This document shows, piece after piece, positions 61,818 through 64,000 of a stretch of DNA of 64,000 nucleotides (within the stretch, counting starts at the first letter, position 1; each line of letters begins with the position of its first letter). Source of the stretch: an uncultured delta proteobacterium (GTDB lineage: Bacteria; Desulfobacterota; Desulfobacteria; Desulfobacterales; Desulfatirhabdiaceae); contig CAWBKP010000022.1 of NCBI GenBank assembly GCA_963789395.1, positions 96,001 through 160,000 of the forward strand. Direction: 5' to 3'. The position numbers were made by a program, and so were the translations under genes. The notes below the pieces were generated by a model. That model was not told the origin of the DNA. It did no database searches and saw only the letters and a program-made list of their open reading frames with translations.

Positions 61818-62330
61818 ATGAAACTGGAAAAATTGTTGTCCCAACATAAAACCGCCCTGGTCAAACGCTGGTTTGATGAAGTTGTGAGGACATATCCAGT
61901 TGATACCGCCAAGTTTTTACAGCAGCAGAAAGATCCTTTCGCCAATCCCGTGGGAAGAACCACGCTCAAGGGCCTTGAAGCCTTGTTTGATGTTCTGGCA
62001 ACCGGACTGGACAGGGAGGCACTCAATTCTTTTCTGGATCCCATTATCCGTATTCGCGCGATTCAGGACTTTACCCCTTCAAAGGCCACCTCTTTTATTT
62101 TGTTCCTCAAGCAGATCATCCGGGAAACCCTCGGTAAAGAATTTCAGGATCCGCAGGTGATGACAGCTTTCATGGAATTTGAATCCAGAATCGATGATCT
62201 ATGCCTGATGGCATTTGACATTTATGTGAAGTGCAGAGAAACGCTTTACCAGATTCAGGCCACTGAAATGCGCAACACGACGTTTCGGGCGTTTCAGCGG
62301 GCCGGACTGGTAAAGGATGTTGCCGGATGA
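61818..62330 (+). CDS. dsrT: DsrT (RsbRD N-terminal domain protein)
   Basis: DPFANPVG, LDPIIRIRAIQDFTPS, AFDIY; immediately upstream of dsrM. Confidence 0.88.
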   Translation: MKLEKLLSQHKTALVKRWFDEVVRTYPVDTAKFLQQQKDPFANPVGRTTLKGLEALFDVLATGLDREALNSFLDPIIRIRAIQDFTPSKATSFILFLKQIIRETLGKEFQDPQVMTAFMEFESRIDDLCLMAFDIYVKCRETLYQIQATEMRNTTFRAFQRAGLVKDVAG

Positions 62331-62520
62331 GGATTCTCCGGGGCTGCGACTGGTAACGCCGCCAAAAAACGGCAACTGCAACAAGTGACGGGTATTCGGG
62401 TCAGTGGCTTAAAGGTATCAAAGGGGCGTCGTTCCTGGAAAGCCATAGCGTTCAATATATTTTTTTAGTCCCCGCTACATGCACGCTGATGAGCGGGGCC
62501 ACAGAGCGAGGTGATGGTCA

Positions 62521-63542
62521 ATGAATGTAAAGTACATGTATTCCCTGTTGGCAGTGATTGCGTTATTTCTGCTGGCCTATCTGGGTGTGGAGGCCGCAGG
62601 GCTCGAACTTCTGTTCGGGATCGTCATACCCTATGTTGCGGTGGCTGTCTTTCTTGCCGGCGTTGTTTACCGGGTGATGGGATGGGCGCGTTCCGCAGTG
62701 CCGTTTGCCATTCCTTCAACCTGCGGCCAGCAGCAATCGCTTCCCTGGATCAAGCCCAGCAAGTTTGACAATCCCTTCACGCCGGGGGCGGTGGTGGTGC
62801 GCATGATCCTGGAGGTATGCTGTTTCCGGTCACTTTTCCGCAATACCCGCAATTTCATTCAGGACGGAAAGATAGCCTTTCAGTTGGAGATCTGGCTGTG
62901 GCTGGCGGCCCTTGCGTTTCACTATGCATTTCTGACCGTGATTGTCCGGCACATGCGCCTGTTTACGGAACCGGTTCCCGCCTTGATTAAACTGGTTGAA
63001 ACCGTGGACAGCTTCTTCCGCTTTGAAGTCCTGACCGATGTCGTGACAATCGGGGTTCCCGGCGTCTACATGTCGGGCCTGGTGCTTCTGGCGGCGGTGA
63101 CATTTCTGTTTGTGCGGCGGATCGTGATTCCCCAGGTCAAATACATTTCCCTGCCGGCAGACTTTTTCCCCTGTTTCTCATTTTCGGAATCGCCTTTACC
63201 GGCATTCTGATGCGGTATTTTACAAAAGTGAACATTCGGGCGGCAAAAGAGTTGACGCTGGGTCTGGTGTCGTTTCATCCGACCATTCCCCAGGGGATCG
63301 GTGCGGTATTTTATGTCCATCTGTTTTTTGTCTGTATCCTGTTGGCCTATTTCCCCTTCAGCAAGCTGATGCATATGGGCGGTGTTTTCCTGAGCCCCAC
63401 GCGGAATCTTCCGTGTAACACCCGTGCAGTCAGACATGTCAATCCATGGAACTATCCTGTTGAAGTTCATACCTACGAAGAGTATGAAGACGAATTCAGG
63501 GAAAAAATGATAGAGGCTGGACTGCCAGTGGAAAAGGAGTAA
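62521..63542 (+). CDS. dsrM: DsrM membrane cytochrome b (frameshift at the C4 tract near 63170)
   Basis: WARSAVPFAIPSTCGQQ, FRSLFRN, FHYAF, RH, HLF, YFPFSKLMH, RHVNPWN. Confidence 0.93.
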
Positions 63543-63546
63543 GTAA

Positions 63547-64000
63547 ATGTCAGACTTTCCAAAACCAGATCAATTGTTGTCCGATATAGATCGAACGCCG
63601 CCCCAGACGGACTGGATGGACACTCCGGTGAATATTCGAAAGGGAATGTACTGTTATGCGGCAAATCCCAAAAGCGTCGAATACACCCACCTTCCTTTCC
63701 CGCACCAGTGGAATCCGACGGATGAGGACTGGAAGCTTCCGGAAAACTGGAAGGAAATCCTCCATGAAGGATTCAAGGTAAGGCTGGAGCGGTTCCGCTC
63801 TTTCAAGCTGTTTATGGATATCTGCGTGCGCTGCGGCGCCTGCGCCGACAAATGCCATTTTTTCATCGGCACCGGTGATCCCAAAAACATGCCGGTTTTG
63901 CGGGCCGAACTGCTTCGCTCCATTTACCGAAATGATTTTACCGCCGCGGGGAAGATTCTGGGAAGACTGGCCGGCGCCAGGCCCCTGACCATGGAAGTGT
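63547..64000 (+). CDS. dsrK: DsrK iron-sulfur subunit, 3'-truncated by the window edge (absent from the ORF track)
   Basis: ATG 63547: MSDFPKP...DWKLPENWK...MDICVRCGACADKCHFFIGTGDPKNMPVLRAELLRS. Confidence 0.93.
   Translation, partial: MSDFPKPDQLLSDIDRTPPQTDWMDTPVNIRKGMYCYAANPKSVEYTHLPFPHQWNPTDEDWKLPENWKEILHEGFKVRLERFRSFKLFMDICVRCGACADKCHFFIGTGDPKNMPVLRAELLRSIYRNDFTAAGKILGRLAGARPLTMEV

Noticed and set aside
10288..63542. Calling the split genes (GT2, epimerase, wzx, fusA, pckG, rtcB, archease, acnA, dsrM) pseudogenes or programmed frameshifts
   Set aside because: The breaks are single-base indels, often at homopolymers, in otherwise fully conserved genes including dsrM. This pattern fits long-read consensus error.
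1..64000. CRISPR array, tRNA/rRNA genes, prophage or transposase
   Set aside because: No regularly spaced direct repeats, RNA-gene signatures or such proteins were recognised by eye.

Overview
Chromosomal window from a sulfate-reducing Desulfobacterota bacterium, most like Desulfobacterales (dsrT-dsrM-dsrK and a cytochrome-associated rnf operon). In order: (1) 1-15.6 kb, a surface-glycan cluster with seven glycosyltransferases, three SAM methyltransferases, an epimerase and a Wzx flippase; (2) transporters, a stand-alone EF-G paralogue and an MscS-cNMP channel; (3) usp-cytochrome c-rnfCDGEA with no rnfB; (4) radical SAM-alr, rdgB, nitroreductase, pckG; (5) a secreted cysteine-peptidase pair behind a candidate sigma54 promoter; (6) ampG, pyrE and a partial type II secretion cluster (gspKLMNCDE); (7) yidD, maoC-kce, a MITE-like repeat and a TPR protein; (8) a minus-strand run acnA-FGGY kinase-ABC-F-archease-m4C methyltransferase-rtcB; (9) the start of dsrTMK. 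Many genes, including dsrM, carry single-base frameshifts, often at homopolymers. These are most likely long-read consensus errors, so split ORFs were merged rather than called pseudogenes. The two strongest candidates for an undescribed system are a stripped Rnf (no RnfB, RnfC lacking the FMN/NADH motifs, RnfD lacking the flavinylation Thr, plus a five-heme cytochrome) and an RNA-repair operon with an orphan CTAG-type DNA methyltransferase between archease and rtcB. No tRNA, rRNA, CRISPR array or transposase was seen. All family assignments come from motif recognition by eye, not database searches.
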